The notes: generated by a model not told the origin, from the letters alone. Positions 9,960 to 18,325 are shown, counted from the stretch's first letter. The stretch is DNA of 32,000 bases from Vibrio cholerae ATCC 14035 (GCF_000621645.1 NZ_JHXR01000024.1:1-32000); one strand, 5' to 3'. Made by a program: numbers and translations.

Positions 9960-9985
9960 TAAACCTTCACTGATACCTCATTTCT
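9960..9985. other. Deletion junction fusing the truncated 5' ends of rtxA (minus) and rtxB (plus) head-to-head
   Basis: The RtxA-like frame ends at 9977, blocked by an in-frame TGA at 9978-9980. The RtxB-like frame opens at 9963, preceded by TAA at 9960-9962. No rtxC, rtxH or intergenic promoter DNA lies between them. Confidence 0.85.
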
Positions 9986-11129
9986 CACTGAAACCGTAGC
10001 CGGTAGTGAAACGCTGAAAAGTTTGGCGGTTGAGCCGCGATTTATCCGACGCTGGGATGAACAAACCGAAAAAATGGTCACAACGGGTTATGACGTCCAG
10101 CAGCTTAATAACCGTTCTAACCATTTAGTGCAGTTGCTGCAAAAAATCACCAGCGTCGCCATTTTATGGTTGGGGGCGACGGAAGTGCTCTCACTTGAGA
10201 TGACCATTGGTCAACTGATCGCTTTCAACATGATGACCAACCACATTGCGCAGCCCTTAGCGCGGATGGTCGAGCTGTGGGGACAATTTATTCAAACTCG
10301 GGTCGCCATCGAGAAGCTCGGCGATATGCTTAACCTACCAGTAGAACAACACACAGGGAGTGACAATGTCACTATAAGCGGCGCTATTAGTTTCAAAAAC
10401 ATCCTCTTTCGTTATCAACCGGATATTCCTCCTACCATTAATGATTTGTCGCTAGACATCCGTGCAGGTGAAACATTGGGGGTGGTCGGCACCTCGGGCT
10501 CAGGCAAAAGCACCCTCGCCCGTCTGTTGTTGCGACTTTATAGCCCTGAGCAAGGCAGTATTACCATTGACGGCATTCCACTCAATCACATCAATGTTCA
10601 ACAGCTCAGACAGCGAGTGGGTGTGGTATTGCAAGAGAACTTTTTATTTCACAAAAGCGTGAGTGAAAATATTGCCCAATCTAAGCCTGAGGCAAGTTTG
10701 GAAGAGATCATTGAGGCTGCAAAACTCTCGGGCGCACATGACTTCATCCTCAAACTTCCCATGGGTTACGACACGGTATTAGCAGAAGGTGGTCAATCGC
10801 TTTCAGGTGGTCAACGGCAGCGTCTCGCGATTGCACGCACCCTTTTATCAGATCCGAAAGTGCTGATTTTGGATGAAGCAACCAGTGCGCTGGATGACGA
10901 ATCTCAAGCCGTCATTCAAGCCAATATGGCCAGCATTGCCAGAGGCCGTACGGTGATCACGATTGCTCATCGCTTGTCTACGGTGCGTGATTGCGATCGC
11001 ATCATAGTGCTTCATCAGGGCACGATTGTTGAGCAAGGCTCACACCAACAATTACTCGCCTACGGCAAACAATACAAACAGTTATGGCAGCTTCAGCAAG
11101 AGCTCAAACAAGAGGAAGCCTCCGCATGA
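9963..11129 (+). pseudogene. rtxB: RTX toxin T1SS ABC transporter RtxB, 5'-truncated remnant (last TM segment(s) plus complete ATPase domain; N-terminal about half missing)
   Basis: The track start at 10023 is a TTG inside continuous homology. ...FLTETVAGSETLKSLAVEPRFIRRWDEQ parallels RtxE residues TFLTEAVTGIETIKTTATEHRFLEQWQRI, which lie about 340 aa into that intact paralogue. Walker A GTSGSGKST, signature LSGGQRQR and Walker B VLILDEATS are present. No N-terminal domain or TM1-4 is present. Confidence 0.88.
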
Positions 11130-12487
11130 ACACCATCATGAAGCGTTTCTTTGGTCAAAAGTCACCACATCAACCCACAGAACATCACTATGAGTTTTTG
11201 CCCGCACATCTTGCTTTGGCTCAGCGTCCTCCCTCGCCTTTTGCTCGCGTGACTGCGCTTACGCTCAGCTTAGGTGTGCTCGCAGCCTTGCTCTGGGCGT
11301 ATTGGGGAAAATTAGATGTACAGGCCACCGCCACTGGCCGCCTTGTTGTATCTGGGCGTTCGCAAGTGATTCAGTCTTATGAGCAAAGCCGACTGTTAAG
11401 CATCCACGTCAGAGATGGTCAACGAGTTGAAAAAGGCGCCCCATTGCTGACTCTTGATACCTTGGGCGTCAATCAAGATATTACGCGTTTGGTCAGCCAA
11501 GCAGAGTTTCAAACGAACGAGTTGATCCGCTATCGCACCTTGCTTAATGACCAGCTCTTGACTCATGACCCAATGTTTACCGCTCTACCAGCCGAACAAC
11601 AAGCTTTGATCCATGAAAACTATCTCAGCGAAAAAAACGAATTCGACTCAACGCTGGCAAGCATCACCGCCGAGATGAAGGTGAACCGCACGTCGCAGGC
11701 CGCGCGCCAAAGCGATATCCATGCGTTGTTGCAGCTCACAGAAAACATCAGTCAGCGCCTTGCTGCCCGCAAAAAGCTCAACCAAGTCAAAGTGATCGGT
11801 CATGTCGAGTATCTTGAACAAGAAAAAGAGCTGCTCGAAGCGCAGCGCCAAGTGGCCCAACAGCGAGCCGAGCTGGAAGTGCTTAAATCGCAATATGAAA
11901 GCCTTGAAGAGCGGCTAACGGGCTTCAAAGCGCAAAAGCAGCGAGAGTGGTTGGAAAAGCGCAGACAGGCCAGATTGCAATTGGCTTCTTTAAATCAAGA
12001 ACTTTCTAAGGTTCGTGAGCGTGAGCAACTCGAAATCATCCGCTCGCCCGTTGACGGCACTGTGCAACAGTTGAGTGTCTATACCCTTGGGGCAGTACTG
12101 CAACCGGCACAAAACTTGATGATCATTGTGCCTGAGAACCGTGTGCAACAGGCAGAAGTGCAAATTCTCAATAAAGATGTCGGTTTCGTGTACCCAGGCC
12201 AATCGGTCACGGTCAAAGTCGATGCCTTCCCCTACACACGATACGGCACAATCGATGCCGAGCTACTCAGTATCTCGCGAGACTCAACAACAGATGAACA
12301 GTTAGGGCTGGTGTTCCCTGCTCAAATTCAGCTAAAAACCAACCATATTATGATTGATGGACAAACGGTCGAACTCACTCCCGGCATGTCGGTCGTCGCG
12401 GAAATCAAAACCGATAAACGACGTGTGATTGACTATCTGCTTAGCCCGATTCAGGAATACCAAGCTGAAGCGTTGAGGGAGAGATAG
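11126..12487 (+). CDS. rtxD: RTX toxin T1SS membrane fusion protein (HlyD family), 453 aa
   Basis: There is an ATGA overlap with the rtxB stop (11126-11129). It has an N-terminal TM segment (ALTLSLGVLAALLWAYW), a long coiled-coil (..LEAQRQVAQQRAELEVLKSQYESLEERL..) and a C-terminal HlyD barrel (VDGTVQQLSVYTLGAVLQPAQNLMIIVP). The track start at 11084 is an upstream non-ATG extension inside rtxB. Confidence 0.9.
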   Translation: MNTIMKRFFGQKSPHQPTEHHYEFLPAHLALAQRPPSPFARVTALTLSLGVLAALLWAYWGKLDVQATATGRLVVSGRSQVIQSYEQSRLLSIHVRDGQRVEKGAPLLTLDTLGVNQDITRLVSQAEFQTNELIRYRTLLNDQLLTHDPMFTALPAEQQALIHENYLSEKNEFDSTLASITAEMKVNRTSQAARQSDIHALLQLTENISQRLAARKKLNQVKVIGHVEYLEQEKELLEAQRQVAQQRAELEVLKSQYESLEERLTGFKAQKQREWLEKRRQARLQLASLNQELSKVREREQLEIIRSPVDGTVQQLSVYTLGAVLQPAQNLMIIVPENRVQQAEVQILNKDVGFVYPGQSVTVKVDAFPYTRYGTIDAELLSISRDSTTDEQLGLVFPAQIQLKTNHIMIDGQTVELTPGMSVVAEIKTDKRRVIDYLLSPIQEYQAEALRER

Positions 12488-12489
12488 CA

Positions 12490-14649
12490 ATGAACACCCG
12501 TTTTACAACCGACGCTCATAGGCTTGCTGAACAAACGTTACCACAAGAGTCTCCAAGAACTAATTGGGGTATCGAAGCTGTGGTCTACGCAGGTCAGCAA
12601 TTTCACAAAAAATCGACCAGCTCGCAACTGAAACACGCGCTAGGGGTAAGCTACGCCAATCTCACTGACATGGAAATGAGAGAGGCCGCCGACTATCTTG
12701 GCCTGAAAAGCCAAATAACAAAGCTTAGTATTCAAGCGTTCAATACGCTGCCACTCCCCGCTCTTATCGAATATCAGGGTGGCTGGAAAGTGATGATTCA
12801 AACCGATGATAACGGTTGGACGGCCTACGATCCTGCAACCGACTCTCTGCACACACTCTCGTTCACATCGGCTGAATCCACCGCGCATTACAAAGTCATG
12901 CTGATTGCGGATGAGTCTCTGAGCGTCAAAGAGGTCAAATTTGGTTTAAGCTGGTTCGCCCCTTCCATTCTTCGCCAAAAAAACCAACTGCGAGATGTGT
13001 TTCTTTACGCCATCGCGCTACAGATATTTGCGCTGGTTAGCCCGATGCTGTTTGAAAATGTTATCGATAAAGTGCTCGTGGGACGAAGCCTATCAAGCTT
13101 GCATGTGCTGGCGCTGGCGATGTTAGCGTTAGCTGAGCCAGCATACAGCTATTTACGCAATACCGTATTTGGCCATCTTGCAAGCCAAGTGAATGCAGAG
13201 CTGTCAGGCCGACTCTATCGGCACTTAGTCGGTCTGCCATTAACCTATTTCAAGCAGCGCCAAACTGGGCAAATCATTGCGCGAGTGCGTGAAATGGCGC
13301 AAATCCGTCAGTTTCTGACGGGTTCAACTTTGATGCTATTACTTGATCTGATTTTTGTGACGGTTTTTCTCGCTGTCATGTTCCATTACGCCAGTACACT
13401 GACTTGGTTAGTGATTGGCTCGCTTGTGATTTATTTTGTGTTGTGGCTGATTGCAGGACCGCTGATCCGCAAAAAAGTGGAATCTGAATACGAGTCCGAC
13501 GCTAATGCCACGACGTTTTTGACCGAAGCCGTTACTGGTATTGAAACCATCAAAACGACCGCGACGGAGCATCGCTTTCTTGAGCAGTGGCAACGTATTC
13601 TTAGCCAGCAACTAAACCGTAGCTTTGATGCACAAAAATCGGGGCTCATCGCTGGGCAAGCTATCGCTCTGGTGCAGAAGCTGACTGCGGCACTGCTGCT
13701 TTGGTGGGGCGTGAGCGCGGTACTCAAAGGTGAAATCACTCCCGGTCAGCTAGTGGCCTTCAATATGCTCGCAGGCCATGTGACTCAGCCCGTTCTGCGA
13801 CTGGCACAAATTTGGCAGGATTTTCAGCACACTCTTATCGCACTGAGAAGGGTTGGCGATATTCTCGATGAACCGAGAGAAAACAGTAAACAAGGCTTAG
13901 CGTCCGTGCCCGAACTCGACGGTGGCATTGAGTTTAGTAACATTCGCTTTCGTTACCACCAAGATGCCCCTGAGGTACTGGCCAATCTATCACTCAAGAT
14001 CAAACCGGGGCAATTTATCGGCGTTACTGGACCATCAGGTTCAGGCAAAAGCACACTCACTCGCCTGTTGCAACGCTTGTACGTTCCGCAACATGGCCAA
14101 GTGCTGGTGGATGGAATGGATCTTGCGATTGCGGATCCCGTGTCTCTGCGCCGCAATATGAGTGTGGTACTACAAGAGAGCATTCTTTTTTCCGGAAGTG
14201 TGGCGGACAATATTCGTTTATGTAAACCGCAGGCCAGCGATGAAGAAATCCGTCATGCCGCTCAATTAGCAGGTGCGTTAGCATTTATTGAAGGACTTCC
14301 CCACGGCTTTAACCAACCGGTTGGGGAAAAAGGTGCAGCGCTTTCGGGAGGTCAAAGGCAACGTATCGCCTTAGCGAGAGCCTTGCTGGTCAATCCTAGA
14401 ATCTTACTGCTGGATGAAGCGACCTCTGCTCTCGACTACAATTCTGAAGCGTCAATCATGAGCAATATGGATGAAATATGTCGTGGTCGCACTGTGATCA
14501 GTATTGCCCATCGCCTCAATACCATCCGCCATGCTGACAACATCTTTGTCTTGGATAAAGGACAAGTCGCCGAAAGCGGTACACATGAAGAACTGCTTGC
14601 CCAGCAAGGGCTGTACGCCAAACTTTGGACGCAACAAGTGGGAGAATAG
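12490..14649 (+). CDS. rtxE: RTX toxin T1SS ABC transporter, second ATPase, with an N-terminal C39-like (non-catalytic) domain, 719 aa
   Basis: It starts 2 nt after the rtxD stop. The roughly 150 aa N-terminal domain has no cysteine at all. It is followed by a 6-TM ABC membrane domain and an NBD with Walker A GPSGSGKST, signature LSGGQRQR and Walker B LLLLDEATS. Confidence 0.92.
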   Translation: MNTRFTTDAHRLAEQTLPQESPRTNWGIEAVVYAGQQFHKKSTSSQLKHALGVSYANLTDMEMREAADYLGLKSQITKLSIQAFNTLPLPALIEYQGGWKVMIQTDDNGWTAYDPATDSLHTLSFTSAESTAHYKVMLIADESLSVKEVKFGLSWFAPSILRQKNQLRDVFLYAIALQIFALVSPMLFENVIDKVLVGRSLSSLHVLALAMLALAEPAYSYLRNTVFGHLASQVNAELSGRLYRHLVGLPLTYFKQRQTGQIIARVREMAQIRQFLTGSTLMLLLDLIFVTVFLAVMFHYASTLTWLVIGSLVIYFVLWLIAGPLIRKKVESEYESDANATTFLTEAVTGIETIKTTATEHRFLEQWQRILSQQLNRSFDAQKSGLIAGQAIALVQKLTAALLLWWGVSAVLKGEITPGQLVAFNMLAGHVTQPVLRLAQIWQDFQHTLIALRRVGDILDEPRENSKQGLASVPELDGGIEFSNIRFRYHQDAPEVLANLSLKIKPGQFIGVTGPSGSGKSTLTRLLQRLYVPQHGQVLVDGMDLAIADPVSLRRNMSVVLQESILFSGSVADNIRLCKPQASDEEIRHAAQLAGALAFIEGLPHGFNQPVGEKGAALSGGQRQRIALARALLVNPRILLLDEATSALDYNSEASIMSNMDEICRGRTVISIAHRLNTIRHADNIFVLDKGQVAESGTHEELLAQQGLYAKLWTQQVGE

Positions 14650-14709
14650 CAGGTTGAGAATTCGGTAGAAGATCCGCAGGTTAATGCAGGCTGAGATCTA
14701 CCAATCTAG

Positions 14710-16428
14710 CTATGGATTAAGGAAACGTTTCACAACCTCCATGATGTCTTTGCTGCGGATCGGTTTTAGTACAATGTCATTCATTCCCGCATCAATACAG
14801 TTTTGTTTGTCACTCCCGGCGGTGTGAGCAGTGAGTGCGATAATGGGGATTTCAATATGTTTATCTCGGAGTATTTTGGTTGCAGCAATACCATCCATAA
14901 TCGGCATGGAAATATCCATTAGCACCAGATCAAATACATGATTTTTTTCTAAAAGCTCCACCGCTTGCAGCCCATTTTCTGCAATCGTGACATCATAGCC
15001 CAACTTATTCAGTAGTAATTGAATGACCATTTGATTGGTCTTTGTGTCTTCCACAACAAGAATGTGATGATTTTTTACATTTACGATTTGTTGGGATGAG
15101 GACGTACTCGGTTTAATATTTTTCAAGCGAGATTGAAGTGGAATATATAAAGTAAAGGTTGTGCCTATACCGAACTCACTTTCAACTTGGATTGTGCCAC
15201 CCATCAATTCAACCAAATGTTTGGTAATCGCAAGGCCTAACCCTGTACCACCATAATTTCTTGTAATTGAATTATCCGCTTGAATAAAGGGGGTAAATAA
15301 TTGTTCTACCCGATTCTTTTCAATCCCAATTCCTGTATCTTTGACTCGAAATACGACGCCATCCTTGGTGTAGTCTAATACTACATCAACTTGACCTTGT
15401 TTAGTGAACTTGATGGCGTTACCAACAATATTAAAAAGTATCTGTGTGAGCCTTGCCGAATCGGTGTAGTACTCTAATGTTGGATTCTTATTCGATTGAA
15501 CATAAAAATGCACACCTTTATCTTGCGCAATCTGTCTGTGATAAACCAAAGATTGATCTAGTTTCTTTTCTAGATCCAACCAGTGACAGTGTAATGAAAA
15601 GTGCCCAGACTCGATTCGGCTTAAATCTAAAATATCATTGATAATAATGAGAAGAAGTTCGGCAGAGTTTTCCATCTGCTCAAGCAGCTCAACTTGGTAA
15701 CTCGTTGACTCTCCACGTAAAATATCAATCAATCCAAGCACCGCATTCAACGGAGTTCTGAGCTCATGGCTCATCATCGCGAGGAAGTTGGACTTAGATT
15801 GGTTAGCTTGCTCTGCCAGTTTTTGCGCCAAACGCAGTTCACGCGTTCTTATTTCTACGAGTTTTTGTAACTCTTCTTTATGTTCAATATCTGAGATAGC
15901 TCTTTCTAACAGCGGCCTAAAACGTGACAACGTCTCTTTTGCTTCAAGAGAAAACTGACCTTTATTCTGCCCTAATAAGATGAGGACAGAATCGCTGATT
16001 TGAGCTTGAATCCCAGTAATCAAAGCGGAATAAACCGGCTTATCAATCGACCCCATTAAGCAGGCAAACTCATCTAACTTACAAGGTTCAAATAACAGAA
16101 TGCACTCACCATTCAGCACACGCTGAAATTTAACTCCGTTTGGCCAAACAACATCATTAAATGAGGCATTTGAGGCAATCGCCGTACGAAACTGGTGACC
16201 GTTTTTATCTTTGGAAATAACAATAAAATCATCAAACTGAATATATCGATTCAATAATGTTTTTAATTCTTCAAAGATATGATTTTTGTTGGTAGCAACA
16301 CTGAATGCAGAGATAGCAGCGAGAATTACCCTATTCTCTTCTACAAGCTGTTTTCCTCGTTCAATGCTTCTTTGTAACTCAAGAGTCAATTCATTTACTT
16401 TCTCTGTGTATTCAGAATCCATTTTCAT
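14710..16428 (-). CDS. vpsS: Soluble hybrid sensor histidine kinase / response regulator (GAF-like N-domain, HisKA, HATPase_c, REC), 572 aa
   Basis: No hydrophobic TM segment is present. H-box is MMSHELRTPLN. N/G boxes are NAIKFT, DTGIGI and GGTGLGLAI. The receiver has DLVLMDISMPIMDG and a conserved Lys (VLKP). Its position next to rtxE and coupled to a FIST gene matches my memory of V. cholerae VC1445 (VpsS), so the symbol comes from locus context. Confidence 0.85.
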   Translation of the reverse strand: MKMDSEYTEKVNELTLELQRSIERGKQLVEENRVILAAISAFSVATNKNHIFEELKTLLNRYIQFDDFIVISKDKNGHQFRTAIASNASFNDVVWPNGVKFQRVLNGECILLFEPCKLDEFACLMGSIDKPVYSALITGIQAQISDSVLILLGQNKGQFSLEAKETLSRFRPLLERAISDIEHKEELQKLVEIRTRELRLAQKLAEQANQSKSNFLAMMSHELRTPLNAVLGLIDILRGESTSYQVELLEQMENSAELLLIIINDILDLSRIESGHFSLHCHWLDLEKKLDQSLVYHRQIAQDKGVHFYVQSNKNPTLEYYTDSARLTQILFNIVGNAIKFTKQGQVDVVLDYTKDGVVFRVKDTGIGIEKNRVEQLFTPFIQADNSITRNYGGTGLGLAITKHLVELMGGTIQVESEFGIGTTFTLYIPLQSRLKNIKPSTSSSQQIVNVKNHHILVVEDTKTNQMVIQLLLNKLGYDVTIAENGLQAVELLEKNHVFDLVLMDISMPIMDGIAATKILRDKHIEIPIIALTAHTAGSDKQNCIDAGMNDIVLKPIRSKDIMEVVKRFLNP

Positions 16429-17642
16429 GCCTCATAAAATACAATAGAAGAAATCATTAAGTTACCGTGCGCATTTTCACCATTAATAAAACGGCCTTGC
16501 TCTCCAAAAGTGAAGGGACAAATAAAAGCGCAACCATTGAGCTGCTCCATTATTTTCTGTTGAACCTTATGTATATCTTGACCAAGCCTCAACATGGAAC
16601 CAGCACAGAATATAGTTAAAGAACCAAATAACGCCCGATCTTGATAACTTTTATAACTCGCTTCCTGAATAACGCGCGTCACACGTTCAATAAGCTGATT
16701 TTGCGATCCCGTCATCAAGCTTACTTGCTCTCCGACTTCCACATTCGCAAACATTTCTAGCCCGCCATTTTCAGTCCTTCTCACGGGGTGAGTAAGCTTA
16801 TATTGAGGTGAACAGCTCTCCTCCTTTCCCACCACTCTCCCTAAAGGAAACCGAGTCACATGTTCGAAAAGGTACTGTTCCGTGATTTGAATTCCCGAGT
16901 GATCCCCAATCCACTCTTTATAAAGTCCACTGGCCGATTCGTTATCAATTTCCTCAATCACTCGACCTTTGGCTTTCGTGATCACACCAGAAAATTCAGT
17001 TGGAGAATATCCTGCGCTGAATCCACCAAAAACCGACTGCGATGGAAACATCAGTTGCAATGCAATACCTTTATCGGTAGCACCTTCCTGCGTGAAGATA
17101 GACCAATTTTGACTGATGAAATTATCCGCAGCACTCCCGCCAATAATGGGGACTTGAGAGCCAAACTTGTTATCGATTCCTTCAATCAAAACTTCTTCAA
17201 TACCGGGTGTAGCATGCAAAAGCACAAGACTAGGTAACTCTCCCGTTCTATCGGCACTTTCTAGTGCATTATCAATCGCTTGATCAATTAACTCAGGGAT
17301 GGGGCGATTATCGCAAAGAGAGATCAATGCCGTGCCGTAAGCAGCCTGAGGACTATCATAAATCCCCATGATTCCCACTGCCGGATTGGAAAAATACCCA
17401 TCTTGCGTCATCACACCACGACAGGAAGAACATCCGATAATTGGAATGCCGGGAAATGCCGCTTTTAACATTGAGGATAAAAGTTGAGCATCGTATTCTT
17501 CAGTGAAATAGCAGATTAAATTCGATAAACCATTGCTATCCATAGACTGTTGTAGTTCATGGATACAAGAATAGACATCAACTTGAGTAGAAACGGTTGT
17601 TTTTAGCCGCATTGAACGAGTTTTGTATACGTGAGATGACAC
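16425..17642 (-). CDS. nosP: FIST-domain sensor protein (NosP-type haem/NO sensor partner of the downstream kinase), 405 aa
   Basis: The stop overlaps the kinase start as ATGA (16425-16428). The soluble protein has FIST_N/FIST_C-like sequence (..IPIIGCSSCRGVM.., ..PIIGGSAADN.., ..FGEQGRF..). It has a GTG start with AGGT 7 nt upstream; an alternative ATG lies at 17612. The symbol rests on remembered VC1444/VC1445 synteny. Confidence 0.75.
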   Translation of the reverse strand: MSSHVYKTRSMRLKTTVSTQVDVYSCIHELQQSMDSNGLSNLICYFTEEYDAQLLSSMLKAAFPGIPIIGCSSCRGVMTQDGYFSNPAVGIMGIYDSPQAAYGTALISLCDNRPIPELIDQAIDNALESADRTGELPSLVLLHATPGIEEVLIEGIDNKFGSQVPIIGGSAADNFISQNWSIFTQEGATDKGIALQLMFPSQSVFGGFSAGYSPTEFSGVITKAKGRVIEEIDNESASGLYKEWIGDHSGIQITEQYLFEHVTRFPLGRVVGKEESCSPQYKLTHPVRRTENGGLEMFANVEVGEQVSLMTGSQNQLIERVTRVIQEASYKSYQDRALFGSLTIFCAGSMLRLGQDIHKVQQKIMEQLNGCAFICPFTFGEQGRFINGENAHGNLMISSIVFYEA

Positions 17643-17710
17643 TATTTATACCTGATATATCGGAGTGTTTAAATAGTGCCAATCTATGGTTTAGGCGTTG
17701 AGTGATGATT

Positions 17711-18067
17711 CTACGGTAGGTAACGCAGTTTTAGTGTGATGCCATGGTTAATTTTAAGCTCGATATTGTCTTGCGTTGTTGGGGACACTAATAGCACTCC
17801 AGACTGGAATTCCGTCGAACCATTCACTTCGATTGACCATTGCTCATCCCATGGCGAAATGGAGTACTTGGGAACGTCTCGTGACCCGAGTTGAGAGACA
17901 GTCACCCGCTTCCCCTCTATATCAAATTGACAAGGCTTTTCCATTCCACAGGTGATGTGCGTACCACTTTCATGTGAGAAGGTTCGCCATAGAAAAGCAC
18001 TAATCAACACCAGCAAGGTGATTAGGATTTGAGCAAGTCGGGCTTTTGTGAGTTTTTCGGCTGCCAT
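17711..18067 (-). CDS. Small membrane-anchored protein of unknown function, 118 aa
   Basis: ATG at 18067 has a GAGGAA Shine-Dalgarno 9 nt upstream. One N-terminal TM helix (LAQILITLLVLISAFLW) is followed by a roughly 85 aa domain. It is on the same strand as nosP, 68 nt upstream. I recognise no family. Confidence 0.6.
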   Translation of the reverse strand: MAAEKLTKARLAQILITLLVLISAFLWRTFSHESGTHITCGMEKPCQFDIEGKRVTVSQLGSRDVPKYSISPWDEQWSIEVNGSTEFQSGVLLVSPTTQDNIELKINHGITLKLRYLP

Positions 18068-18325
18068 GAACGCGGGTTCCTCGTGTAACAAACTTCAAAT
18101 TTTTGAAATAAAAGGCCAAAACCTGATGGAGTGTAAGGTTACTACACTGTCATTGAATTGTTAATTGAAGTATAGTTAGACGTTGAAAATGCCACTTTTT
18201 CATAAAGTCAGCAACAAGAATTAACAGTTTAGATGTCATTGTTTTTGTTGTGGATTTGGGTGGTGTTACGACGAAAGTCGTGTTGGAAGTAAAAGTGTAG
18301 TTAATTAAACATTGGAAGCATGCAA

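Larger units (their letters stand above)
1971..9977 (-). pseudogene. rtxA: MARTX toxin RtxA, 5'-truncated remnant. About 2,668 uninterrupted codons correspond to roughly residues 1878-4545 of the full-length toxin. The N-terminal repeat region, start codon and promoter are absent.
   Basis: The frame is open from the TGA at 9978-9980 (minus sense) down to the stop at 1971. The track 'M' at 9917 is a GTG inside continuous RtxA-like sequence (GISEGLTEQEQEALEGATNAVNRLQINAG...). It contains recognisable ACD, RID, alpha/beta-hydrolase and CPD modules, GD-rich C-terminal repeats and a C-terminal T1SS signal region. The RID Cys (LLTKNCSST, codon 6543-6545) is remnant residue 1125 and the CPD Cys (IVGCSL, codon 4905-4907) is residue 1671. 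Both equal the published C3022 and C3568 minus 1897, so about 1,880 N-terminal codons are missing. Confidence 0.92.

Noticed and set aside
9811-9999. 62-aa plus-strand ORF spanning the deletion junction
   Set aside because: It is mostly antisense to rtxA sequence and out of frame with rtxB, with no start context. It is an accidental product of the fusion, not evidence of a new gene.
11084-11125. Upstream extension of rtxD (MAASARAQTRGSLR...)
   Set aside because: It uses a non-ATG start inside the rtxB coding sequence. ATG 11126 forms the typical ATGA stop/start overlap.
10462-14637. Short sense and antisense ORFs inside rtxB, rtxD and rtxE (e.g. 10462-10662, 11648-11893, 13431-13739, 13953-14210)
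   Set aside because: They overlap well-supported transporter genes in alternative frames and have no independent support.
14650-14709. Possible terminator between convergent rtxE and the hybrid kinase gene (GGTAGA...TCTACC)
   Set aside because: It has only a 6-bp stem around a loop of about 27 nt, and the internal GCAGG repeats are direct rather than inverted. This is too weak to annotate.
18092-18319. Search for an FNR/Anr box (TTGAT-N4-ATCAA) upstream of ccoN, and the TTCAAA-TT-TTTGAA palindrome at 18094-18107
   Set aside because: The best candidates (TTGAA-TTGT-TAATT, CTGAT-GGAG-TGTAA) miss most of one half-site. The palindrome does not match the FNR consensus and sits nearer the divergent small gene. 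I make no regulatory call.
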